Below, one piece after another: positions 1 to 11,349 of a stretch of 64,000 nt of DNA (position 1 is its first letter; every line of letters begins with the position of its first letter). Source of the stretch: Zootoca vivipara. Taxonomy: Eukaryota. The DNA lies in contig NC_083287.1 of assembly GCF_963506605.1 (NCBI RefSeq), positions 12,338,001-12,402,000 of the forward strand, written 5' to 3'. Under the pieces are notes generated by a model. It had not been told where the DNA came from. It did not search any database and saw nothing but the letters and a program-made list of their open reading frames with translations. A program made the position numbers and the translations under genes.

Positions 1-334
1 ATACTATTGCTTAATACAAGTTTGCCATGGCCTTTGGCTTGTGAGCTGAAATATGTTGATGATTATTTTCTGGCATTGTTTCTACTTGTATGTGACCATG
101 GGAGCAAATGCTTAAAGGGAGGGTATCATATATTTATTACAATATACTGTGAATTAATTTGCATATTAGGAATAATTTGCATATGTAGGAATGTATCTTG
201 AGAGTGATATAAAGGCCAGATGGTCAGTATGTTGCGGTTTTTCTTCCTCTAACATAGTACTAGTTGGAGCGATATATTTGGGGAGGGCAGTAGAATGGCA
301 TGGTGTAGGGATTATTACTTTTTACTGATGATAG

Positions 335-600
335 ATATGGATAAGAATTTTGATTATTTGCATTTAAAGGCGGACCTACCTAGTTCTCAGTTTCAGAAAC
401 AATATGCAAACTGAAACAACCGCCTGCAAACTTTTCTCTGAATTTTGCAATGCAGTTCTCCAGCCAAGTATTGCGTACAAAAAGACATATACCGGTGTGG
501 TGGGACTAAAAATGCACATAATAGTGAAATAATAGTGAAAATAACATGGAATTATACATTATATTAGCAGGGATTGTTTTGTAAAATGGAGTCTATTAGT
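335..600 (+). mobile_element. Fragment of a dispersed TIR-type repeat family (TAGGGATGGG termini)
   Basis: Shares tttgcatttaaagg...cagaaacaatatgc...aattttgcaatgcagttctccagccaag with copies near 30.7, 35.7, 41.0, 45.3 and 51.8 kb. Boundaries approximate. Confidence 0.6.
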
Positions 601-1717
601 GCTCCAACAGCAGTAATACAAAAAAGAGGAAATTCAGATACTGTAGATGCTTCTCAAGGTTCCTTCTTCTAACTCTATAATTCTATGCTTCTATAACATC
701 CAAAGCCCCCCTCCCCCCCACCAAGTCCCCGTAATAGTGGGGGAAATTGTACCAGCCTGGAGCTAGTGTAGTTATTTTCTCCAGCCACCACTGTTCCTTC
801 AACCTGACTGGCTCTAGAGCAGGCAGGATTTTGAATTTGGTGGTTGCTCCACCTCGCATTATCCTTTCCCCTTCCCTCTAGCATGGCTCTGACCATGTGG
901 TGCTTGCCATCTGCAATTTTTATAAGTATTTGCATAGAAAACAGTAGTAGTAATAACAATAATAATAAGAATAATAATAATCCTGCTGCCCAATCAATTT
1001 GTGCCCTTTAAAATTTTCATCTATTTTCATCTATTTCATCATTTTCATCTATCAAATCCTGCAGCCTGATTTTAAATCCAGTCTTCCCACCACCTTGGAT
1101 CCCCAGGGTTTGGAAATATGACTGCAGTAAACTGTGTCAGGATTTTTTAAACGGAATTTAAAATATGCATTTTCACACTTTACGGCTAACAAAAATAACA
1201 CTTACATTTCCCTTGTGTAATACTAACTGCTTCAGCAGTAAACCTCTCTTGGGGGAGAAAAACTGGAATTAGATGGAGATTTTCGTTAATTATTTTTCTC
1301 AGCTCACTTTCTTACTTCTAAACTAGAAGGAAGGCTGCAATTTGTAACACCTTGTTCTCAGGTTCTCAGAGAGAAGTGCCATCTTTTAATTTGCTGCACT
1401 GACTGTACACAGCTGTCCTGGTGACTGTAGGGAATATTTTTTTAAATCAAAAAGGTCTCTTTGGACTGTTTAATAATGTAACCAGAATTCAAATCTCATG
1501 GGCCAATTCTCTCTCTCTTGCACGTGCGCACACACCCACACACCCACACCCGAGATTTGTACGGTAGCAGCTTCCCACAGCATCTAACTATGGTGGAATA
1601 GCCCTACAAGTTTTCAGCAACTGCAAACCACTCGCTCACAGGATTCATGCTGTTTCCTACATGCACAGCTGAGATTGCCAATTTCCTTTGTCTACGTGGA
1701 CTTAGGAGGTTGCTTGG

Positions 1718-1996
1718 GGACACATTCACACCATACATTTAAAGCACTATGATGCCGCCTTAATCACGGCTTCCCCCAAAGAATTCTGGGAGGTGTCATT
1801 AAGAGTTCGTCGAGGGTGCTTCCCCAAGCTACAGTTCCCAGAGTGGTTTAACCATCCCTCTTCACAGGGATGTAGCTATGTGAGGTGAATAGGGGTCTCT
1901 GCTCCCTTAACAAACTGCAGCTCCCAGGATTCTTTGGGGGAACCCATGTCTGCTTAAAGTGGTATTGCACTGTAAATGTATGGTATGAATGTGGCC
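1718..1996. mobile_element. Palindromic MITE (possibly PIF/Harbinger-like)
   Basis: Long terminal inverted repeats cacattcacaccatacattt / aaatgtatggtatgaatgtg; related partial copies at about 21493-21615 and 39570-39825. Superfamily uncertain. Confidence 0.7.
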
Positions 1997-2140
1997 TGGG
2001 TCAGGGGACAAAAACCTAGTGGTTACTGCCGTTCTGCCTGTAAAACCTGGTGCAAATTCTGCCTGTTAACCTAAGGAAGTGATGGGGAAGCTGTGACCCT
2101 GCAGATGATGTTCCAGCAGCCTCAGCAAGGATGGCCAATG

Positions 2141-2142
<2 letters not shown>

Positions 2143-2192
<50 letters not shown>

Positions 2193-2300
2193 TTATTATT
2201 TGTACCCCACCCATATGACTGGGCTGCTCCAGCCACTCTGGGCAGCTTTCAACATATATAAAAACATAACAAACCATTAAACCTTAAAAAGCTTCCCTAT
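2143..2300 (-). mobile_element. L2 LINE 3' end with (ATT)n tail, inserted in an older MITE (about 2080-2345)
   Basis: (AAT)n run followed by ccagccactctgggcagct...aaaagcttccct, as at the 3' end of the L2 at 22896-24296. Confidence 0.8.
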
Positions 2301-2956
2301 TTGATGATGGGAGTTGCAACATCTGGAGGGCTATAGGTTCATTTTACAGAATACCCTTTAAAGAAGAAAGCCCCCCACCCTTTGTCCCTTCAGGAAGAAA
2401 GCCACCAAACTTAACTGGTTTGTTGAATTGCTTTATTAGAAAATAAAATATATATACACAGCCTGACTGTTAAGCCTGCCTCTTTCCATGTGCCTGTTCC
2501 ATTGGTACTTTATTTATGTTAGCTACTATTTACACTGAGTTCTGCTGGTGATTTTGACTAGCTTAAAATCAACAAATTGTGGCTTGCTATTTAATATTTC
2601 ATTATAGTGCTGTTTGTACTAATAAAATGAATTGTCAGGAATTTAGTATGGTTGTACTGATCGTTGAAACAGTTTGTTCTGTGATTTTGTTAGCTTTGTT
2701 TGAATAGCTGCTCTTTTTAGTTGAACTTGACAGCTGTGCAATGTTGTTAGGAGTGTTCATGTACTTATTTATACCTCGAGTCCCTTTGAGTGCAGCATAT
2801 GCTACAATAAGGCCTGTAAATCAGCCTTACTTGACTGGTAATGTGTTGCCTCTAGAACAGTTTCTCCCTCACTCCATCCCACAACTTCTGGAAGCAGAGA
2901 GGCTTCACTCAGAATGTTTTCAGGATATGTAAAGACACCAATCCCAGCCTCTAAGG

Positions 2957-3092
2957 CAGGCATCCCGAAACTTTGGCCCTCCAGATGTTTTGGACTACAA
3001 TTCCCATCATCCCTGACCACTGGTCCTGCTAGCTAGGGATCATGGGAGTTGTAGGCCAAAACATCTGGAGGGCCGGAGTTTGGGGATGCCTG
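2957..3092. mobile_element. 136-bp hAT-type MITE
   Basis: TIRs CAGGCATCCC..AAACT / AGTTTGGGGATGCCTG; 8-bp TSD ctctaagg/ctttaagg (7 of 8 match). Confidence 0.9.
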
Positions 3093-4123
3093 CTTTAAGG
3101 GTTTTGCAGAACTTCATTTCTGTCCAGGCATATTGGAAGGCAGTGGACCCAGAGCAGTGACTCAGGCAGAGGCGCAACAGGCACCCACCTCTCAGGGCCA
3201 GTAATGTTGCTGTAACTCTGCATTGGGGCACAGTGGTGCACAGCAGAGACTGGTCCATTAGGGTGAATCGGGCACTCCCTCACCAACCTCAGTCTGCCTG
3301 AGGTTCAGGGGGATGCAGTAACAGCCACCTTCCTCTTCATCAGTCATCCTCCTATTGTGGCATGGGTATTCCTTATGCATTCAGGATGCACAACTTCATT
3401 GGCAACAAAACACCAGCCCTTATTTTCCACCACCACCCCGCCTTCCAATTGAATCTAAATTTACCCCTTTCTGTGGAAAATCAAAAGCAATTTTAAAAGC
3501 ATAGCCAGTAACCCATTTGTGATATCTCTGCAGCCTATTTACAATACAAAGCACTCTTACCTCCCTCCCCGTATTATTATTGTTAGAATTTATATACTGC
3601 CCTATACTCACAGGTCTCAGGGTGATTTATAGGATTGCTTATAGGACTGAAGCCTTTTAAAATAATAGCAATAATAATGAACATTAACATTTTATATGCG
3701 AACAACACTGTGTTGAGAAGATGAGTGTACAATGATTTAACATAATTTACAGATAACTAATTGACATCGAATTATCTAGGAAATGCACCTGACAGTGAGG
3801 TGCTATAGAAGTCTATTCAGAAGTTCAATTGGATTTATTCTTGGGATAGTTTAGCGTGTATAGGGTTGCAGGCTAAATGCAGAGTTATGATTCAAGTATT
3901 TTACTGCTTGTGTGGAAAGTGGTGCTCTTAGTCCCAGGTGAATTAATCCAGAATAATTGAGGACTTGCCTATTTCTGTCTCGTGGTGTGGAAAGAAGTGA
4001 CAGGAGGGTATGGTGCCCACACCACACTTTGAGCATTCCAGATGTGTCCATGGGCCCTAAAGGTTCGGTTTCCCTGACCCTTTAGCCTATTCGCCATTCC
4101 CAAGAAATTGTATTAGAGTAGAG

Positions 4124-4630
4124 CAGAAGTTTTCAACCTTTTTGAGTCCACGGCTCCCTTGACCAACTGCATTCTTTCTGAGGCACCCCTGTGGGGCTCA
4201 GGAGCCCAGTTGTGTCACCCTTTGCCTGCAGAGCTGGCAGACCCTCACCCCTTTTTGAACACCCTCCCTTGTGGAGTGTTCCTTTAGCCTCATCTCCTCT
4301 CCCCTCTCCTTGGGAGTCCTCTAGGCAACCGCAGTGGCTGCCCCTGGCCTCTGAGCTGCCCCCCCGCCCCAAAGAGATGTGCCTCCTCACACTGCCCCAC
4401 AGGGGCCTGGGAAGCACCCCCTGGCCAGACCCAGAGGCACCATTCTCCTGGGGAGCTTGTAGCCAGGACTGCTGCAACAAACAGCTGTGCAAGCCTTTGG
4501 AAGGCAGAGACACAAGAGGGCATCAGAGGAAGGGAGGGAAGGAAAGAGGGGCAGAGGCCAGTGTTGCCCGCAGCACCCCTATAATTCAAGGCACTTCAGG
4601 ATGCCATGGCACACTGGTTGAAAACCACTG
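4124..4630. mobile_element. 507-bp non-autonomous hAT (Charlie-like) DNA transposon
   Basis: TIRs cagaagttttcaacc / ggttgaaaaccactg; perfect 8-bp TSD gagtagag (4116-4123 and 4631-4638); GC-rich interior explains the overlapping spurious ORFs. Confidence 0.88.
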
Positions 4631-5430
4631 GAGTAGAGGCATCCAGGATTTCAGTAGCTCCACAAGATCTACAAGGTGACCATAGTGCTGCAGCAATGCT
4701 GAGTCAATATAGGCACACTAATGTGCCTTCCTAGTGTTTTATTTATTTTGCCCTTTTGCCTCTTGCACTATGTATAGGATCATACTTTAATTTTGTAAGA
4801 TATTTGGGTTGTGTTGGGAGTTTTTTTTAAAAGGCAGTTTTATAAAAAATGTCCCCAAATTTTAGATGAAAAAATGTCTTTCTTTGTTTTCAAAGACCTT
4901 GACTGAAAAGTTCCCCTGCATGCTAAACGTTGCGTAAGGGGTGGAAGAAATGCCTTGCCATTAAAAAAATAATTAGACTTTCGATTTTGGAAAATATGAT
5001 GAATGAAAGAAGCAAATACCACTCAGATGGTATTTCCTCATTACAAACAGCATCAGACTGGCAATGAGATAACACCAAGAGGATAAACTCGCTGTTTTGG
5101 CAGCGTTTCTTTCGTAGTTTTGCTCCTAAATGCAACGACTGCTCTGAGGAGAATTGGCTGACTATGCCAAAGAGGGGAGAGAGAGCTTTCCATTCTTCCC
5201 CTCTTGTGCATGAACCTCCCTCAGGGCAATTCCCATACATAATGCATTCCCTACACACACACATATACACACACACTGTGAAATGATGTTAATTATCATG
5301 AAGATAAGTTAAAATGTGCTAGGCAGGGTAGCTCTACCCTACAACGAAGCTGTGTTCTTATCACTGGCATTAGAAACTCTTTGTTCTCTTTGTTCTCTTT
5401 GTCTTTCTTGCCAGAAGTTTTCATACTCAC

Positions 5431-5886
5431 TTGGTGGTAGATGGTCTCCCAGCTCTCTCTCAGGGCTCCCCAGTTGTTGGCGCTGGAAGATTTCTTGTTC
5501 AGGTAAACTCGGATGCGGTCTTCGAGCTCCTGGTTGACCTGCTCTAAAGCTCTCACCTTTTCAATGTAGTCCACCAGGCACCCATTCAGGCTCTCGTAAG
5601 ATAGGCCCCGTCCTCTTTCCAGCCCCTGGGGCAATGGGACAGTTGAGCAAGAGCTACGGAGGCCTTGTAAGAAGACGCTGCTTATACCCAGAGCTCTGCG
5701 GGACACCCGGGTGCCCAGGCTGCTGACACCTCCTGTTGGCACAATTCCCACATAAACCCCCGACGGCCTTGAAAGGCTGCCTGCCCCACCAATGCTAACC
5801 CTACGGCTGCCGGTGCTCGCACTCTCCGCTGCAGAAGTAGAGGGCTGCTGCCCCAGAAAGGAAGCCCTGCGTCTTGTGAAGGGCAT
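5431..5886 (-). CDS. BFSP2: BFSP2 (phakinin/CP49) coding exon 1: head domain and coil 1A; remaining exons not found, presumably left of the window
   Basis: Translation MPFTRRRASFLGQQ...LGTRVSRRALGISSVFLQGLRSS...SLNGCLVDYIEKVRALEQVNQELEDRIRVYL...WGALRESWETIYHQ is recognisable CP49 sequence. ATG at 5886; phase-0 donor CAA|GTGAGT at 5431/5430; 456 nt = 152 codons; downstream of TMEM108 as in other amniotes. Confidence 0.96.
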
Positions 5887-6350
5887 GCTGCACCTCAGAC
5901 TGCCTGCACTAAATGAGCAGCCGCTTCCCTAGGTGCCCCTCTGCTGCTGCAGCCGGCGGGTCGAGATCTGCAGAGCAAAGCAGGATTTGGAGGGGGGCTC
6001 ATTATCTGTGCTCTGTCCCAAGAGCTTCTGGGATATTTCTCATTGTCTTTGGCTGCGTACCACAGGCGTGTTTGTTGGAAACAATTGTTTGGCCCTTTCC
6101 CCTCGGTCAGCAATCTATTTCATGAGAATGATCTGTCTGTTGCAAGAGCAGCACATGGAAAGGACAATGTAGTCCAGAGCCTCAATTTGGGCTGGGTGGG
6201 GGGATGAGGAGAGATAATTTCTTCCATGTTTAAATGCTGCCTTTCTCTGGGCTTCCAAATTCAGGGTTTACGTGTACTGGCATGAGTCCAGCTCGTAGAG
6301 TTGCCTCTAATATGCCAGGAGCAGCTCTAGCTGTATTTAAGCGAGCAGCA
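5887..6350 (-). promoter_or_regulatory. BFSP2 5' UTR and proximal promoter with candidate Sox and Maf sites
   Basis: Directly upstream of the BFSP2 ATG. Palindrome AAACAATTGTTT (6079-6090) holds two Sox-type AACAAT cores; half-MARE TGCTGAC at 6112-6106 (minus) has an AT-rich 5' flank. Boundaries approximate. Confidence 0.55.
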
Positions 6351-7646
6351 CTGCTTGTACTTTCCAATCTGATCCTGAGCATCAAAAGGCCTCCTGGCTG
6401 TTGACACATGAATGGTCATTTTTGAAAAGTAGAGTAGACGCTTGAAGCAAACTGGCCTGCTACCACGTTGTGGTGTGTGTGTTGCTATTGTGAGTTTCTA
6501 TGATTGACAGGGATGACCCACCAGCCAAATCCTGGCCTAACACTTTTACAGTGATAACTGCTATCATGTTGATCCCAGAAGACAAGAAAGCAATAAGTAG
6601 GTGAAAACTGGCCAATTCTTCATTAAGTTACTTATTTTGGGGTTCCTGCCCATCATTTAGGAATCAGTGCTCTGAGACTCTGGTGGGGCACATGTTTCAT
6701 ATTTTTGCTGGTGACAGCGGTACAAAATACATTCCCACCCACCCACAGAGATACATTGATCATGTGTGATGAAGGGAACAGGCAGGAGTTGGACTTGGCT
6801 CCAAATTCAGCCCTGGTCTTATTTTATGGGTGCCTCACTATCTCTAGGCCTTAGCTCCACATCTCTAAAATAGGAATAATAATCTCCCTCATTTGGTTGT
6901 TGTAAGATCAGATACAATGAAAACTGAAAGTGTAGCCTTTGTAAATAAAAATTATAAATAGTACAGGAAGACCTCTTAGTTTTGCAGACCAAAGTGCTCA
7001 AAAGAAAGAAAGCTGCTTAGCAGTGTTTGGACTGGCAGGAAGGGCATATGTCCCTTAATCCATAGGTCAGGAAGACTCACTCTAAAGAACATGATAAAAT
7101 TAGTTTAAAATCTGTAACACCACAAAACATCAAGTAAGATGTAACTGAATGCTGATTTAGAATTAGAGCCAAATAAAAATTGGAATTTGATAGCTGTTGG
7201 GAAGGCTGGCATAACAATTCCATCGAGCCTTGCTGTTAGAGGCTCACCAAGTGGAATGCTACAAATATTCTCAAGCCTAGCTGCCTGTTTGCCCATATGG
7301 CAGAGTGTGGAGTCTTGCCTGGCTTGTCACCCAATCCCTTAATGCTCAGAGAATGCTCTGTCAGCAGGCAGTTTAGTCACAGCACAATGTGTTTGGGGAA
7401 GAGGGATAGCTGTCTTTTTTGTTCCATGGCTCAACCCAAAAGAATGCTAGGCTATAGCCTAGTATATCAGCAAAGGCTCCTGTGCTTGCTCAATCTTGTG
7501 AAAGGGAGGAGAGAAGGGAACAGATAATTATGTGCTAAAAAAAACACCCCTAGCTTGGTTACATGCAAGTGGAGTACAAATTAAAAGCATCTAGCAAAGG
7601 CGACAAAAGGAACTGGTTCAGCAGGCATTTTTGCTTAGAAATCACT

Positions 7647-7652
7647 TTTATT
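7647..7652 (-). terminator. Candidate TMEM108 polyadenylation signal AATAAA
   Basis: TTTATT on plus, about 200 nt after the TMEM108 stop; an ATTAAA variant is at 7683-7688. Use not demonstrated. Confidence 0.35.
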
Positions 7653-7848
7653 TTATAAAGCTGGAGTTTGGTCTGTAAAGTTTTTAATCACACTTATAAA
7701 AAAGAGGTTGATAATTCTTGTGGGGTTGGGGGAAGCTCAAAAGGTTGCTCATAATTCAAGGTTACACAAAGGTTATATTTATAATATATATATTTATATA
7801 TATAGATTTATATATAGATTTTGGAGACAATGAAGATTGGACTGCAAG

Positions 7849-7971
<123 letters not shown>

Positions 7972-9481
7972 CTACAGGGAAAAAGGGGTCAGGGGAGAGA
8001 AAGGGAAGAAAATATTAAGCTTCAGAAATACAATAAGGGACAGTCAACATGGTAGAATTTGCACTAGCAGGACAAAGTCTTGAAGAATATCCAGTATCCA
8101 GTCAACCAATGGTTCAGTATGGCCAAAGCAAAGCTTTAAAAAAATGTAATTCTCAGGATTCACTGGTCTGAGCTAAAAGCAGTAGGGCAAGACAGAAGCA
8201 TCAGTGTCCCTTAGAGAAAGGTGGTTCCTTTATACAGTACTAGGAATTGGGGGCCTGTGACTTTCCAGATGTTGCAGTTCTCCAGCTCACAGTAGCCCCA
8301 TGCAACTTGGCCAAAGGTCACGGATGATGGGAGTTGTAGTCCAAAAAAAATCTGGTGTGCTACAGGTTCCCCAATCCAGCTTTGTTCATTTGAAAAATTT
8401 GGAATTGTATAATTGCTTAGGTGGATCGTCCATGCTAGGTGATGGAATCAACTGTAACTGCTGATTTTAATGTCATGTTTTTTTTGTGAACATTCTAGCA
8501 GCTGAAAAATCTCTCAACAGCAAATTGTTCATAAATAGCCCAGCTTCTAGGAAGAAAGTGGAAGATCAGTGTGGAAACACTCACATAGAGATTGGGATAG
8601 CAGGGGCTGGGTAGGGAAGCCTGGTGGGAAGGAGGCAGGAAAGCTTAATGGCAGGATAGTGGCTGAAACAAACAAAAAAAGACTGAGCAGGTTATCAACT
8701 GAGAAACAGAACCTGAGGGAAGTGTGGAGAAACTGGAATCCAAAAGAAAAGGAGGGGGGAGGGGATAGATATATAGAGCAAGGATTGGGAACCTGTGGTG
8801 CTCTAACAACAACTTGAGGACCACTGGTTCTCCATCCCTGCATAAAGAGAGATGGGGCTGTGGGAAAAATCTGACAGAGAAGGTGGTTTGGACGGTGTGG
8901 AGAATATAAGAATGAAACTGGATAAATTGAGATGGCTAAAGGAATTGGGACAGAGAAGTCAGTGGGGCTGGGGCAAAATGCCCCTTGGTGTGAGGGTAGC
9001 CATATATGCACCCAAAAAGAAGGCCAAAGAGGACATTTATTTGCAATTCCTACTATATGTATAGGAGCAACATAATGGGAGGGGGGTTTCCAGCTATCCC
9101 ACCCTTTGCCCTTTGAAGCCTTATAAGAAGCTGCTGCAGGAGAGGGACTGTGGCAACCTCATGGGAGGGGTGTTTCTAGGACCAAGGTGAAACTGAAGCT
9201 CCCTTGTTTTTGCTATTGGATGCTGGGTGTTGTTTAAGTAATACTGTTATATGGGTAGCATTGAAATGTGTTTTTTGTGTGTATGCTATTCTATTTGCCA
9301 TTGTTCTGTTGTGTCATTATGAAATTGTTTTGTGGCATTTGCTTGAGATGCACACCTGTTTCTTTGTAGTATGCTGCTTTGAGCATATATATTTTTCTTG
9401 TGGAATGAATGAATGACTGGATGAGATGCAAATTTAGAAGCAATTACTACCATTTGAATAGAAATACAATTCCTCTCACCA

Positions 9482-9736
9482 ATCTAGCAGTTTGAAAACA
9501 CCTCAAAGTGCAAGTAGATAAATAGGTACCGCTCCGGCGGGAAGGTAAACGGCATTTCCATGTGCTGCTATGGCTTCGCCAGAAGCCGCTTAGTCATGCT
9601 GGCCACATGACCCGGAAAAACTGTCTGCGGACAAAAGTCAGCTCCCTTGGCCAGTAGAGCGAGATGAGTGCCACAACCCCAGAGTCGTTTGCGGCTGGAC
9701 TTAACTGCCAGTGCCAGGGGTCCTTTACCTTTTTAC
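9482..9736 (+). mobile_element. Sauria SINE (Squam1), 5'-truncated
   Basis: Diagnostic core aaagtgcaagtagataaataggtaccgct...gtcatgctggccacatgacccgg and ACCTTT-type tail. Confidence 0.88.
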
Positions 9737-10199
9737 AATTGCTCTCAATATAGTGAGAAAGATGTGACCAGATGTATAAGCTCAGTCTGTTGTCCAGTGC
9801 TACAGATGGCTCACTTCAAGGCCCCTGGTCTCCATTTGTTCTTTACTCTTAAAAGGATTTGGACTGGACAGCTCTTGGAGTTGAGTACTCTCGTCTGTAA
9901 AGTAGGACACAAGGCAACCCTGTCTTGGTCCAGGAGGAGGTCTATATGCTGGTAACAGGAGGGGCATCAGCAGAAATGGGAAGCCAGACACTATGTGCAT
10001 GGAAGCCAAGAAGGCATGTTTCCAAAGTGTAGCATCTGAGGGGGTCCATGTGCCTTTCAGAACCACTTAAAAGGGAAAGTTATCCCAGTTACCTCTCCTA
10101 TCATTAGGACCTCTCTCCACAAGTTCACAACGCTACCCGAGAGCCAAGCAGAGTGGCTAAAATCCACCTGTTGATATGAACTAACTGGGAGATTCACTA

Positions 10200-10502
<303 letters not shown>

Positions 10503-10614
10503 CTATGAAAAGTTCACATTGTGGTTCATGTACCACTAGAAGATGCAACATTTGATGAATTAAAAGCACCATGGAAGACCACCTAATGTTTTCACATTTT
10601 GAATCAAAGTGATG

Positions 10615-11000
10615 TTAGAATATAAGAAGAGACCTGCTGGGCCAGAGCAATCTAGGCCACCACACCCTGCTTCTCACAGTGACCAACCAGAGGCCTCTGG
10701 ATCAAAAGCACAGTTCTCTGATTCAGGACAGAAAAAATGAAGTGCTTCTTCATGCAGCACTTAGTGGAATGCCATCCCAGAACAGGTAGTTAGACACCAA
10801 CTTGGATGGCTTTAGAAGAGGCAGATTCATGGATGATAAGGCTTTTCTACCTCCCCTGTTGGAGGCAGTATGCTTCTGAATGCCAGTTACTGACTACACA
10901 GGTGAGAAGACTGCTGTTGTGCTCAGGTCCTCCTTTTGGGCTTCCCATAGGCACCTGGTTGGCCACTGGGAGAAGAGGATGCTGGACTGGATGGGCCAGA
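10615..11000. mobile_element. Two oppositely oriented CR1-like 3' fragments
   Basis: 10615-10700 (ataagaagagacctgctgg...ttctcacagtgaccaaccag) is roughly the reverse complement of 10945-11000 (ctggttggccactgggagaagaggatgctggac); same family at about 56000-56107. Confidence 0.6.
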
Positions 11001-11212
11001 CCAAAACACACAATTGCTTGTTCCCTTCCTGCCTTTTGAATCCTGCCAGTGGCTTTGGAAACATTATCCAAGGCACTGAAGCCTGTAGGTGTGTTGTTTG
11101 TAAGGAAGCAAACTGCTGACAATGCTCAACACTGTTCCTATACTCCAAAGGGACCAGTGTGTACTGCTCTTGTTCCAGCTTGTTTCCAGGAAACACTATT
11201 ACTCTGTTTTTT

Positions 11213-11349
11213 AGTGTGTTTTTCAAACTTGGGTCCCCAGCTGTTGTTGGACTACAGCTCCCATCATCCCTGATCACTGGTCATGTTAGCTAGGGATGAT
11301 GGAAGTTGTAATCCAACAACAGCTGGGGACCCAAGTTTGAGAAACACCA
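11213..11349. mobile_element. hAT-type MITE, variant subfamily
   Basis: Near-perfect palindrome tcaaacttgggtccccagctgttgttgga...tccaacaacagctggggacccaagtttga with the shared ctcccatcatccct core. Confidence 0.85.

Noticed and set aside
4133-4679. Three overlapping ORFs of 99-162 aa
   Set aside because: They lie within a GC-rich non-autonomous hAT element and have no transposase motifs.
1-5295. BFSP2 exon 2 (expected VGEAVLENARL-like peptide)
   Set aside because: Not found on the minus strand by eye; presumably left of the window.
5296-5430. C-terminal part of the 196-aa ORF (VSMKTSGKKDKENKENKEF...)
   Set aside because: Read-through past the GTGAGT donor into BFSP2 intron 1; the KENKENKE pattern is a 9-bp tandem repeat.
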